This document shows positions 1-12,653 of a stretch of DNA of 64,000 bases, piece after piece. This DNA comes from Podarcis bocagei (taxonomy: Eukaryota). The stretch's first letter is position 1, and each line of letters opens with the position of its first letter. The stretch lies in the NCBI GenBank assembly GCA_964188305.1, contig OZ076890.1; one strand, 5' to 3'. Made by a program: the position numbers and the translations under genes. The notes beneath the pieces were generated by a model that saw only the letters and a list, made by a program, of their open reading frames with translations, had not been told where the DNA came from and did not search any database.

Positions 1-964
1 CTTTCCTCCCCCTATTGCAGCTGTAATTTACTTTACCAGAATGCCTGAATTAAAATGAATGCAGCTACAGCAAAAAAAAATCCGAGATTGACAGCAATTC
101 AGAAGCAACAACTTTATTCATAAAATTTAGACACTTGTTCCTTGTTAATCCTCCAAACACAACATCTGGATTTTAATCTTCAGGCTAAAAGGATCACAGA
201 TGTTTTGAGAGAGAGGGTAAAAACAACACAATATTTTGATAAATTAGAGAAATGGGCACGATGTTGCAGTTATTGTAGTTAAAACCCAGAAACGCATGGC
301 AAGAATGAAGCAACAAACACAGTTTGTGGAATGTTTGCCTAGGCATTTAATTAACAAAGTAGTACCTGGTGCCAAACATAAGTCAGGGACAAAATAGCAA
401 TGATTGCCTCTGAATCTGAACATCACTTACTGCAAAAGAAAAATTTTAAAAAATAAAATACTTTTAATCAGATCAAACCTTGCTTCAGATCTAGGCTTGA
501 TTACTTCTACTCCGGCCCAATTTGTATGTGGATTATAGTAGCATGTTGGGTTACCCTGTGAAAATTGAAGGGGATCCTGGAAAATCAGGGTTCAAGATAA
601 TGTGGGGAGCCTCCAGAAGTACAGGCTTCCCTGTTTTACCCTTTGAATCATGGAGGAACAAAAAGGGATGTAGGCAGAGCTAGTTCCCACCCTCCATCCC
701 ATCATGTGTTTGTTTAACTCAAAATATGAATGCTTGAATATGGCTTTTGGGAAACTGTCCAAGCAGAAAATTCTATTCTGAAGGCCCTTCTTCAAGTCCC
801 CTATCAATGGATGGACATTTGTAGTAGGACCTTCTTGCTTGTGGCATCTGAAATGTGGACTAGCCTCTTTAAGAACAACTAAGTCAGTTAGTTTGGTCAG
901 TTAGATAAGGTTAAGTTCAGCTGGTGGCTGTTGCACATATATGGATGTGGCTCTTAATGAAGTA

Positions 965-1483
965 GTTGGTTGTGGGCATCTGCTGTCTCGAAAGACAATG
1001 GAGTACGCTTCTGGAAGTAAAGTCAAACTGCTGCGTTAGCAGCACAGAAGTGACCTTCCCAGGGCACAAGCCTGGACAGTGTGTATGGAGGTCCTGGGCG
1101 GCCCAGAAAATGTGGTCTAAAGGAAAGCAGAGCAATATATTTGGCACCAGTTAGCCTTCAGGAGTTGCTGGAAAGAAGCATACAAAATACCATCCAAACA
1201 TTTTAGGGACTCCACTCCAGATTTATGTACAGTTTACTCCTTAGCCTTTTCTTTTCCTAAATATATATTGCAACGCAGCAAAGATTTAAGATCAGAGTTT
1301 TCCTTTCCCTAGATGGACTACCTTCCCAGGTTGACAAGCCCCATGTGCCCTTCACTTCCCTCTACAACAAGTGCAGAAACCACCTTCTTGACCATTGGAC
1401 TTACTACTGGTCTTGCCTGCTCATTCCACCAGTGCCTGTCTTCACATGCAGGGAAATCCCTCATTCACTGAGGATTTGAGACC
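965..1483 (-). mobile_element. Non-autonomous (bipartite) RTE-clade LINE derivative, 5'-truncated copy
   Basis: Collinear with 31548-32248. It shares its 3' tail (minus strand ...CAGCAGTTTGACTTTAC...CTCCATTGTCT...AGACAG...GATGCC) with the coding RTE 3' end at 8755-8985, but the sequence upstream of the tail is non-coding. Confidence 0.7.
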
Positions 1484-3354
1484 TCTAGATTGCATCTGGG
1501 ACTTATTGTAGATAGGCATGAAATAAACTGTGCAAATGTACTATGGGGTATTTTAAGGCTCCATATCCTTTATCTCCCTGATGTGAGGTAGCTGAGAAAA
1601 GAAAGAGGGAGAGGTTTGAGTTTAGCAAGAACTGACATATTCTCCAACATTTCTCCCAATGTCCCCTCTTGCTCCTCTACAGTACTGCAAATTCCCCCTT
1701 AAATGCCACCCACTTCCATCTGCTCCTGTCCTATTCTTCCTCTCTCCAGCTTTCTAGCCCTGGACACCAGAGCCAGCAAAGTGCCACCCATACCTGCATA
1801 CCTCCCTCCCTCCCATTTTCCTCCAAATTATACCTTCCCCCACTTCCCACCTACCTCTTCCCCAGTTCCTCTATTCTCTCTTCCCTCCCCACTTCCTTCA
1901 GTTACTAGAGACCTTTCTCCAAGGCCTTCCCCAAGTCATATACTACAGACACGACTCCTCTCTTTTTCTTCCATCCCCCTCTTCCTTCTTCCATCCCTGC
2001 TTTTAGAACCTTTGGAAACAGTTGATGAAAATAGAGTAATAATAGACTGCTGCACATAAAGGGATTGAAATAAATATACATTACTTAATTAATTAATTGA
2101 TTAAACAAACCCTGTTTTTTAAAGAGCAGCGCCCATTACAAATAGCTTCCAAAGCATCTTGGATATTTATTGCCAATTTCCCCCAGTCAAGGAACCAGTG
2201 ATAACCATGGATTTTTCTCATCCCTAGTTAAAGCCATTTAGAGCTAGATAAGACCTGATAGAATTTCTTTCTACCAAGACAGCAAATGAATAAGATGGAC
2301 ACAGAAATAAAGCTTGAGTGTCTGTGTGGAAATGATAGCAAGATAAACATCCTTAAATTTAGTTGAGAAGAGAATAACAGCACAGAAATTAGGCTGCCTG
2401 ACAATAAATGGATCAAAGAGCTGTATCATTGTAGAATATTCAGTGCCACACAAAGACTGAATCTTTTGTCATAAATTCTGAAGTAGATATAACATTGCAG
2501 AAATCATCATGGGGGGCGGGCAACATTTTATTTTAGGAGAGCTGACACCAAGCAATATATCCAAGCACAACTAAAACTTTGGCTCATGAACAGATACCGT
2601 ATAGGGATTTCTATAAATTGTGCTAAAACTGGGGTCTGAAAAATGGCGCTTAGGGGAACCACATGGTCTCAGACACTTCCCATGGTGCTTGCCAAGGCCT
2701 CTTGCCCCTCCTTTTTTAAAAACATTAAGGCACACAGATACCGTCACTCTCTTACTTTTTTTTTTGCCTCAGGGTGGTTTCTGGACCCCATGACAGATCC
2801 TGTTGTTTTAGGTCTAAACATAACCAGTTTTTCTTCTGTGAAATGGGTATTTTATAGGTGACAACAACGGTTTCCAATTGTATCCAATGTATCCATGTGC
2901 CTCCTGTGCTAAAGACTCCTGTGCTAGAGATTACTGATGATTTCTGTCACTAGGGGGCATGTCAGAAATCAAATGAATGTCACAATTATACAACTAAACA
3001 CACACACACGTATCCAGCACAAGTAAGACAACAGGTTCACTTATTCAGATATCAAATTAAACTAGAGTTGATATAAAAAGGAACTCAGAAGTCCTGGACC
3101 CTTGCTCCAATTTTCACACAGAATTATAAGTCAATGCTGCTGCAGAATGTTCCCTCTCATAACTGTTCCTATAATATTGAATGATGATCCTCCTTGGGAT
3201 AGTTTAGGGCTGATGCTGCTCCTGACTCAATGCAGATGCCCTCAGTGTGATTGCAGCCAGCTGTAGGGTAGTTCATACAGATCATTTGTTCATTGGATAA
3301 GCTGTCATCCCTGCTGTGTAGCGTACTTATGGAAAGGCTCAGTTTCACAAACAA

Positions 3355-3770
3355 ATGGGAAAATCTGTCCATTTCCCTCCAGTTTTCCCAGCCTTATGTT
3401 TGTGGCCTATTTCTGTATCTATATACATTAAAAAAACCAGAAAAACAAAAACAAACCAAAATAGTCTGTGCAAAAAAATAATGCGCATTTCCATGCACAT
3501 TTCTCATAACATACACATTTGGCTCACTATGCTTAATAAAACATTTAGAAATGTGTTATTTCCCCATACTTAGTGATTTTTCCACAGTACATTCACTAAT
3601 ACACACATTTTTGCACATTTCTTGGTTTGTGAACCACGTTGCAAGTTTTGGTGAAAAATTGACATATTTCGAAGGATAGCTTTGTTTTGGTTCATGTATC
3701 AGTTTGTGATATGTGAATTAGGTGGGCATTCTTTAAATTCAAATGGAAAAAGAAATCTCCACCATACCTA
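3355..3770. repeat. Old dispersed AT-rich repeat (AGGGATG...CATCCCT-ended MITE-like family), degraded copy
   Basis: Collinear similarity to the copies at 28095-28480, 40247-40668 and 45888-46931 (e.g. GTGAATTAGGT, TTTAAAT..AAA.GGAA, AATCTGT). Confidence 0.55.
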
Positions 3771-6698
3771 GTTGCACTGGTGCACACAGCAACTGGGGCA
3801 GCTTTAGATAATTACTAGAGTATGAAAGTGCATGTGTGCTACAACAAATACAACATATGGTATTTATTTCTAAAATGGTCCTCTAACACACAACAGTGGC
3901 ACTTTATCTAGCTTTTATAGTCATCCTGGATTGGGATCAGAAGCTACTGCAGCTTCTGCCAAACCAGGATGTTCTGCTTAATACGGGACACTTGGAGGGT
4001 ATGTGAATGCAACCAGAAATTAGCTTTCTGATTTTGCCCAGATTCCATCTAGTTAAATCTCATTTGTCCTACAGTTGCCTCCCTAAGGTTTCCAAGAAGT
4101 TAACAAATAGGGCACAAATAGTTCCACTCCCACACCATTTGTGCCTGAGAAACTAATAGTCAGAGGCTTACTACCTCTGAATTTTTAGTTCTCTTAGCAA
4201 AAGGAGTACCCACGTAGGAACAGGAAGCCTGGCTTCAACTCAATTATTCAGGCTTAGATAACTGTACAACTTCTTCTGCAATTAAATGAAGTGTAAAGAA
4301 TTCATTCAGCTCCTCCACTCTTTCCCTGTCCTCCTTTAGCATCCTTTTGCACCTTTGTCATTGAAACAGTCCACACCTGCTAGAAGCAGGTATCCAGCTT
4401 TTGACAGATTTAAAGAAATGTTAATTAACTTAACATTTCTAGCAACGTGTTCTTGTGATTCATTTTTGTTGTTTGTCTCAAATGCAACTTACACTTTTAA
4501 GTTCTTTTTTGTTATCTTACTTGGGCAAGACTCGTACATGGTGATTTGCAGAGCATCCTTTATTCTGCTCATTAACGACACCGACCTCCTCCAGAATTAA
4601 TCCATGGCATTCATTCAATCCAAACTTCTACTATAGTGGTTTTAAATAAGCTTCAAATGCCCTGAAAAGATGTCACTTTCTTGACTTTCCTTTTCAATTC
4701 CCTTATGAGGGATTACCTGAGATTTGAGAAGTTTCCACTCTTGAAACTAGATATAACTGTGCTGAACTTTCAGAGCAACGTTCTACTTATAAATGGATGA
4801 GTCAGTAGTCATTGGTTTCTACACAATGGCCAAATTCTGTGATGTGAGTGTGTATCCAGTTACTGTAGTCATAGAGTGGAACTAATGCTACCACCATCAT
4901 AGGAATTGGAGCATCAATATATATTCCACCCACAGGAAGCTGCTCAGCACAAATACAAGCTCAGCTGGGGCAAGGATCTAGTCTGCTTTTATGGGTTTTT
5001 CAAGAAAATCATGCAGGGTCAACTCATGTGCAAACTAAAATGGAAATGAAAATTCCTCTACGGTTTTGCAATCTTCTTTGCACGTTGCAAAAGTGGGGAG
5101 GCATGATCTGTCATTTGGGACAGCTGCCAGACAATTTAAATATATATGAAGAATGTCCCTAGGAATGACACTACGTCATCACTACTGGGACATTCTCAGT
5201 GAGAATGTCCCGGGACTTGCTGTTTGTTGCAATTCTGTTACTGCTTGGAGTGGCAGGAAAGCTTTTTACCCACCGTCTCTCTACCACAATAAACTCCTCG
5301 CCCCAGAAAGGATGAGGACCCTATGTGTAGCTAAAGTCCCCAAAGTATCTCCCATTTTCACAGGAGACCAGTAGCCTGGTGAAAGTGGAGTTTATTTTCA
5401 GTCAAGCATTTGCATGTGTCTGGCATTTTCATCAGTAGAAATCAGAATTATCATTAGACTTTTTCCCCCCGTGAATGGGGATTTCCTTGAGAAATATTTT
5501 AGGAAATAATTGGCTTAATATATGTTTTCTTTTATTGCGGAATGTTGCTGAATTGTAATTCTAAGTTTTAAGATTCTGTATCATTGTTCCTTTTATCTTT
5601 TGTTTTTAATTGTGAGATATTTTGGACGGGCATTTGGTCAGAAAAGCTGCTTAAAATATTTTAAATAAAAATAAAAATGTATATCACAATAAAACTTTAA
5701 TTAAATATGATGCTGTTAGGAATAACCTTATGCCACTGGCTACTTAGATTTTTGTAGATGGAAGGACATTATAAAACATAGTTTCAGCTGGCCAAAATAA
5801 GTATTAGTTTTGTCTAGCACTGCAGAGCCTTTTAAAAATAACCCTTGTTTCTGCCTCCCATCATAGATGTTGACAAGTTGAACGAATGATTCCAAATAAC
5901 CCAAGGTTAAGTATTTCATGTACAGTACTACCCATATTCCTATAACATAGCAGTTCTATCCAGAAATATCACTGTAATCATTTGATTAAATGATTGAGTG
6001 AAACACTCATTCTGTAAAATGACTAAAAATTGCACTCACCGATCAATGATGGGTTTTACATTATGAACAAATGGACATGTTAAAATATAATGAAATGTAA
6101 TATCATGCTGTATAAGTACATTATTAATTGTATGAAATGATAAAAATTGATCACAAAGTGGGCTACATGTCCCATATTTATTCTGAAATATATCATTATA
6201 TGAAAAGGATTATGTGAAAGAAAACTGATGGGCACTGAGTTCGTTTCGGTTGCAATTAGCTGCGGTTTGCCAAATTCATATGAAAAATGTGCTAGTATAA
6301 TAATAAAAAATAGCATTTAAGTATTGTAAGATGTATTTTAAAGAGTAAGTACTTAACTAACAGGGTTCATGAACCTCTGAAGCCAGCCTTTATAGAGTTC
6401 TTGCTGTAAAGTGCAAATTAATTAGATATCAAAATGCCACCTGCAGTGAATAAAATCCCTAAATACTTAAGTGGGAACAGTGCATTAGCCAAGGTATTTA
6501 GGGGAACAAATTCTTCTGTAGTACTCTTCTTATAAGTAGTAACGGAAGGCTGAAAAGGATGCTACAGAAATGATTAAGATCCTCCTTGATGAAATTCTTT
6601 ATCAGTACCTAAAGTACAGGACATTTCCCTGTGGTTCTTAGCTAGTTCTTAATTATAGTCACCTATCCACGCACCTAAAAAGATGGGGGGGGGGGCCT

Positions 6699-7195
6699 TG
6701 CTGAAATCCTGATTATGTTCTTATATGAGACCAGTTCATAGGATAACCTTGTCAGCATATGAGCTCATCGCAGCTGCAGACAGCCAGCTTGTTTATATCA
6801 TGTGATATGGCTAGTTGTGGGAAAGTAAATTCCCGGAAGTTCACAGGCTGGATAAGTCTTTGTGAAGAGTGTAATATGAGACCTTCCTCTTGCGTATGTA
6901 CAGGAAGTACAGGAAGTCTTTGTCACTTGACTGCTGGAGTTTGAAGAGTACAGACACGTTTTCTGTAATGCTGAAGAGTCAGAAATAAAAGGATGTAAAT
7001 ACACGTTTCTGGCTATCTCCTTTCCCTGCCAGGGAGCAGGAGTGAGTGGGTGTGCTCTTCCCACGCTGGGAAGGGTCGCTTATTGATACCTAGCCTGAGC
7101 TTGCTGGGGAATGCAGCCAGGGAGGTCAACCGGAGACCAAGCCGGGTGCCTGGGAGAGTTGCCAGCTTCTCCCTATAGAGGCTTGATTTCCAACA
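6699..7195 (+). mobile_element. Solo LTR related to the copia LTRs at 19322/22903
   Basis: TG...CA ends with an imperfect terminal IR (TGCTGAAATC / GATTTCCAACA) and AATAAA near 6985. Collinear blocks shared with the copia LTR: TCATGTGA, GGAAGTACAGG, AATAAA, GGGTGTGYTCTTC, ACCTAGCCTG, GCAGC, GAGGTCA, TGCCT, GCCAG. The TSD is only partial (GGCCT/AACCT). Confidence 0.7.
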
Positions 7196-7774
7196 AACCT
7201 CACTAGCACCATTCTTTCATAAATTGCATGGGGAACCTCCATGTGAAAAATATGCTCTCTACTTCATAATTTATGCCCTACCCTATGGATGGCAGAAGTA
7301 TATAATTTGACAAACTAGTCCATACGGCTGTTCTACTCCCGATGGGATGGAGGGAAAAGTAGTTATATCCAAGGTATTCTGACACTCAAAATCAAGATAA
7401 AATGGCAGTAAGTAAGGTGCTTTCAGATGTCCTTCATGCAAAATTGAAATTGGGAGTCTTAATTCTAGCTGCTAGTTGATCTGTATTGTTTCTGTATTGC
7501 ATTGAGTTAATCTTCACTTTCATTTTGGTACTGCCTTTGAAGTGACTTGTAAATCATCCAAGTAAGCTGCGGCAATTAGGGATTTTTAAATATTAAGCAT
7601 TTTTTCTAAGTTCTAGAGCCCTTACAAATGGTCACATTGTCTCAAGAAGAGTTATTGTACTGCAGGATAGCTTGGTGATTTATAGCATCCTACCAAATAG
7701 TAAAGTGAATTCTTCCACTGAATTCTGCCACTGTGAGGTCCATATGTGGTGAGAGTCATGTACAGGTTAGATAA

Positions 7775-7885
7775 GCCTTGTCCAACCTAGTGGTTCTCCA
7801 GGCCTTTTAGACTACAACTCCCACCATCCCTGACAATTGGCTGTTGAGGTGATGGGAGTTGTGGTCCAAAGCATATGGTTGGACA
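7775..7885. mobile_element. Degraded hAT-type palindromic MITE
   Basis: ACTACAACTCCCACCATC...GATGGGAGTTGTGGT internal inverted repeat, the same core as 46296-46439 and 63400-63536. Confidence 0.65.
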
Positions 7886-8754
7886 AATCTTTCTTAGAAA
7901 CTTCTTTAATTGATTCAAATGTTGCTTTTGTTATTGTACTGTACTGTTCACATGCCAGTTTGTGACTATACATTTCAAACAAGGTGCCGTCAACTGCTTC
8001 AAATGAAATGAGCAATGTTCAGCCATTGACCTTCTGCTGCTAACAAGCACAATCTGAAATGGTAAAAGGTGGGTGAAGTGCGTGGTAAAAAATTATATGC
8101 TAAAATCCATTAGCAGGTAATCATTCACTTTCTGCTTAGTAGATGATTTTGTATCCTATAGTCATGATTAAAAACTGTTTCCTTCCCCCCTCATGCTTTG
8201 TATGATAATTCTCAGAGATTTTACCTTCTCAGAAGAGTCAGGTCCCTTGCAGTTATTCTCTGTGCAAAATAATCCAAATGTGCCCACCCATCCTCACTCT
8301 ACTTTGATACACCATTCTTAAATCAATTTACTAGATCAGCTAACAGAATCACAACAAGTGCATGAGAACATCTTTAAAAGGAGCTCTTATGTTTACAATG
8401 TGTAGCTCCCCCCCCCCGTCTCAGTCACTTTTTACAAATCGTTTAGGTGTTGGAATTTTAATAAGGCTGTTGATATTACAAGCTGAGGCAAAAAATACAG
8501 ATTGAATTGGGCACTGAGTGACATCTGAATGATGAAAGCCTAGGCTTTCAATAATCTGATACTGTTAGGCTGTGCTGAGAACTAAATAGTGTATTTAAAT
8601 AATAAAAAGTACTTCCCTTTAGGATATACCTTTGCATATCCATTTTGCATAAGACTTTGAAGCATATTTTGTTTTCTGTAGTACTATGTGATTCATGGGC
8701 ATTATGTACAGTTATTGTATAGACAGTTATTGTATACAAACGGTTTTGCAATAG

Positions 8755-8985
8755 CTGTTGGCATCTGTCTGTCTTGGGAGACAATGGAGGGGTGAGCCTT
8801 TTGGAGTAAAGTCAAACTGCTGAAAGCTTGCAGTGCCTTCTGTGGGTGTAGAGACCGATGTGGAAGAGACATGCTTTGTTGCGGCTGGGGCAGATGTAGG
8901 CATCCAGTTGTGCTGCTGCAGATGCAGCATGGCATTTCTTCTCTCTGTGCTCCTCCCAGCGGTGGTCATTCCTTCTTGGTACTGC
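8755..8985 (-). mobile_element. RTE-clade LINE 3' end (C-terminus of ORF plus 3' UTR)
   Basis: Minus strand translates RWEEHREKKCHAASAAAQLDAYICPSRNKACLFHIGLYTHRRHC, a decayed form of the RTE C-terminal CxxCxKxCxSxIGLxSHxRxC motif, followed by a short 3' UTR. Confidence 0.75.
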
Positions 8986-10868
8986 AATTATATCAATTAA
9001 ACTGTAATAAGATTATGAAGTCTTCTTCATACAATTTGGAATGATATATCAACAATATATATGAAGTGTCTCCAATTACACAAAATGCTTAACCCTACCA
9101 TGGATGCAGACCAATACCTTCAGCACCCACCATAGGGCAATAACAAAACAGCCACATTAGAAAAATTGCTTTGGTGAAGCCCAGTTCACCAGAACAATTG
9201 TGAATGCTTAGTTTTGCCATCCCATTGACAGGTGACTAATGTACATCCATAGCAAGGTGGGTTGGGGGGAGGGAAGGCTGGGCCTCCTTTTGCAGGGTGA
9301 GAGTGGAACAGAATGGAGAAGTTCTGATCTGCTCCAGAGCTGTAATTCCATGGATTTAGGTGACAGAACTAACTGGCCCAGAGGCAAGTCATAAGCTGTG
9401 GCCAAACAGTAAGCCAGAGCAGATGGATGCCTGAGGACTCCTGCTAAGCCAGGACCTGTATCTTGTATTCCTGCATCTTTCTCAATTATATAGCAAATAG
9501 AAGTAACCCAATATTTTCAAAGTCTCAAACATTCTTTATAATGTATGTTACAGTGACCACATGCTTTGACTGATTTTCCCACCCTTAAGGATCATTTTCT
9601 TTTGATTATCTGCAATGGTATCAAGTTTGTTTCATGATTCGCAGTATGGATTATCCTGTTTTTCATCTGCTTTTCTTTCTTTCTTTTTCAGTAAAGTCAT
9701 ATTCTATGTTAAATTACAGAAGTCACTCAACCAGATTAAATGTCACTATATCAGCCTCGGCGGTGGATCAATGCTGTAAAGGCATTCAACCTGATAACAT
9801 TAATCCTTCACTCTCTTTGGTATCATGAGTTTGATTTCCCAGTGAGAATTTGAACTTGCAAGAGATGGCAGTGATAGAAGTGTAAATCTCTACAGTAATG
9901 CCAGTGAAAATTTATTCTTAGTAGGTGGAATAAGAAATGGATTAGAGTGTATTCTTATGAATGGATCACCCCCTGGCTGGATTAATGTAGTGAATGGTAT
10001 TTTGGATGGTGATTGTGATTTTTGATATTTATTTATTTATTGTAAGGGAGATGGGTTTGCCGCATTTCGGCATCAGGAGATGGGAAGGGTGCTTGAGGAG
10101 TCTTAACATGGCAGCAGTTCAGATTTTTTTTTAAAAAAAATGAAACAAAAACAAAATGCAGAACAACAAGATGTTCTGCAGCAGCAACTATAGCTGCCAT
10201 ATCTATAGGTGTCATTTTCCAAAGGTATGTTTTCTTCTTCTTCATAGAATTCCTGCTGAGAGAAAGTTCCATGATGTCCAAAGGGGTTAGCCGCCTCTGA
10301 CGGCAACCCCAGCACTAGCACACAACCCTCAGACCACCTCAGTAATACTCTTAAATATATACTAATATTTTTTGTTTTGTTTTGGGGAGTTTTGAGGATT
10401 TTCTACTAAAAATCTACCTGGAAACAGGACAGGGAAGACTTAATTCCCTCCCCTCTGAGAACTGGGATGGACCAGATTTTAATGGACCTATCTATTCCTT
10501 CTGATACGCGAGTTGTGACTCATCTAAAGGGATTTGACCACGTGCTAGTTATTAGTGCTAGGAATGAACTAGTTTACTAAACCAAACTTTACTTAACTAG
10601 TTCAAAAATCTCTGAACTACACCTGAAAGTAGTTTTCATAATTGCTGAGTGAACAGAACATGAATTAAGTTCATTTTGGGGTAGAAAGCTGAATGATTTC
10701 TCTTCAAATTCATTTTCTTACAGATGTTTTTTTAAAAACACACACACACACTAAAACACTCCAGACTCTTTTAAGCTTACAGATCACAAGTGAAATGAAT
10801 CGAACAATTCACATTCCACTGGTTATGCGTTTTCATATTTTCTTAGACTTCAGAATAGCATATTGTAA

Positions 10869-11220
10869 GGGACATGGGTGGCACTGTGGGTTAAACCACA
10901 GAGCCTAGGGCTTGCCAATCAGAAATTCGATGGTTCAAATCCCCGCGAAGGGGTCAGCTTCCATTGCTCAGTCCCTGCTTCTACCAACCTAGCAGTTTGA
11001 AAGCACGTCAAAGTGCAAGTAGATAAATAGGTACCATTCCGGCAAGAAGGTAAAAGGCGTTTCCGTGCACTGCTCTGGTTCACCAGAAGTGGCTTAGTCA
11101 TGCTGGCCACATGACCTGGAAGCTGTACGCCAGCTCCCTCGGCTAATAAAGCGAGATGAGTGCCACAACCCCAGAGTCGTTAGCGACTGGACCTAATGGT
11201 CAGGGGTCCCTTTACCTTTA
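10869..11220 (+). mobile_element. Sauria SINE, full length
   Basis: tRNA-like head GGGACATGGGTGGCACTGTGGGTTAAACC...GGTTCAAATCCC, core AAGTGCAAGTAGATAAATAGGTACC, and (ACCTTT)n tail. Confidence 0.92.
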
Positions 11221-11431
11221 AGGTTCATAATGCTGAACTTTTTTTTTTTTTGCCAAGGATCATTTGGATGAACTTGAACTGCAAACTGAACATGAACCAA
11301 ACTATTTCATTTAACAAAAGAAATTAACATGAACTAGAATTATCTCCTTTGGGGGCATTTATTGAGGCTTTTATTAATATCATAGTTTATCTGGCTGTTA
11401 AGTGTTTGATGCTGCTATGTAATAATTGTTT

Positions 11432-11510
11432 GGATTTCCTGCTTGGCAGGGGGTTGGACTCGATGGCCCTTGTGGTCTCTTCCAACTCTATGATTCTATG
11501 ATTCTATTCT
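11432..11510 (+). mobile_element. CR1 LINE 3' terminal fragment
   Basis: GGGGTTGGACTCGATGGCCCTTGTGGTCTCTTCCAACTCTATGATTCTATGATTCT: the CR1 3' hairpin plus (ATTCTATG)n octamer tail. Confidence 0.85.
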
Positions 11511-11894
11511 AACTGTGGAGGCAACCGCGTCCCCCGTTCAATAATGATCATTGAATAATTGTTTCAGCACTAGTTTCTGCACTCTTACATCACACACTTG
11601 CACAGATTGATTGGTATAGTAAAAGATAGTGTTTCACCTGCTTTTTTGTATTAGATAAAGTAGATTGCCCAACAGACCACAGACCTGAACACTCTGGCAA
11701 TTAACTTTTCTGTAAATGGAACTACCCTCATTGTATTATACTTTATAGTATTTCTCTCTGTGTGTGTGTGCATTGAAAACGTAGCCTGATTAATAGAATT
11801 GCACAAATTAATTTTTCATCCCAAAGTGGAAGCTAATGGAAGCTAGTGGAAAATAAAGTAAAGCAGCTTTGCAACAGATCAATGAACTTGATGG

Positions 11895-11941
<47 letters not shown>
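11895..11941. repeat. (ATT)n microsatellite
   Basis: Pure trinucleotide run. Confidence 0.95.
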
Positions 11942-12411
11942 GTCACACTATAGAATTGCAGTTCACAGGAAACAAAGATGCTGTGTCTTGCATTATTTAT
12001 AAATAATGAACTATCATAATAAAACAGTATTAAGAAACAAAGAAAACACAGCAGAAGGAGAAATAACTGTTTTAGAGCAATTTAGGTTATCATGTTATTT
12101 TCCAAGCATATGAAATATTGAATACATTTCTACATTTCAGCAGTTCAGGCAAAGATTAATAATGCAGCTTTCTTGTTCTTCTTCCATGAAACGTATTTTT
12201 GGGGGCGTGTGACAGAAGTCTGCCTGTAAAATCAATGAGAAAATTATGGACTACTAAATAAAGGAACAACATCATGAATCTAATCACACAAAGGACCTTT
12301 GTTTATGCATTTAAAACTATCTACTTGGTGGGATGTCTTTATGCAGATGTCTCTGGTGCCTAAATAGCAGGCAGGGTGGTAAGAAAGTGGTAAGAAACTG
12401 AAAGATATATA

Positions 12412-12653
12412 CAATGGTACCTCGGGTTAAGAACTCAATTCGTTCTGGAGGTCCGTTCTTAGCCTGAAACTGTTCTTAACCTGAGGTACCACTTTAGCTA
12501 ATGGGGCTACCTGCTGCCAACGCGCCGCCACCACACAATTTCTGTTCTCATCCTGAAGCAAAGTTCTTAACTTGAGGTACTATTCCTGGGTTAGTGGAGT
12601 CTGTAAGCTGAAGCCTCTGCAACCTGAAGCGTCTGTAACCCGAGGTACCACTG
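12412..12653. mobile_element. Tc1/mariner (Tigger/pogo-like) MITE
   Basis: TIRs CA(A/G)TGGTACCTCGGGTTA / TAACCCGAGGTACCACTG with TA on both flanks; no coding capacity. Confidence 0.88.

Noticed and set aside
1650-2060. Pro/Ser-rich ORFs (1669-1908, 1703-2059)
   Set aside because: Pyrimidine-rich low-complexity DNA lacks stops by composition.
10033-10321. Overlapping short ORFs and an AAG|GTATGT donor
   Set aside because: No recognisable protein and no convincing acceptor-donor pair in frame.
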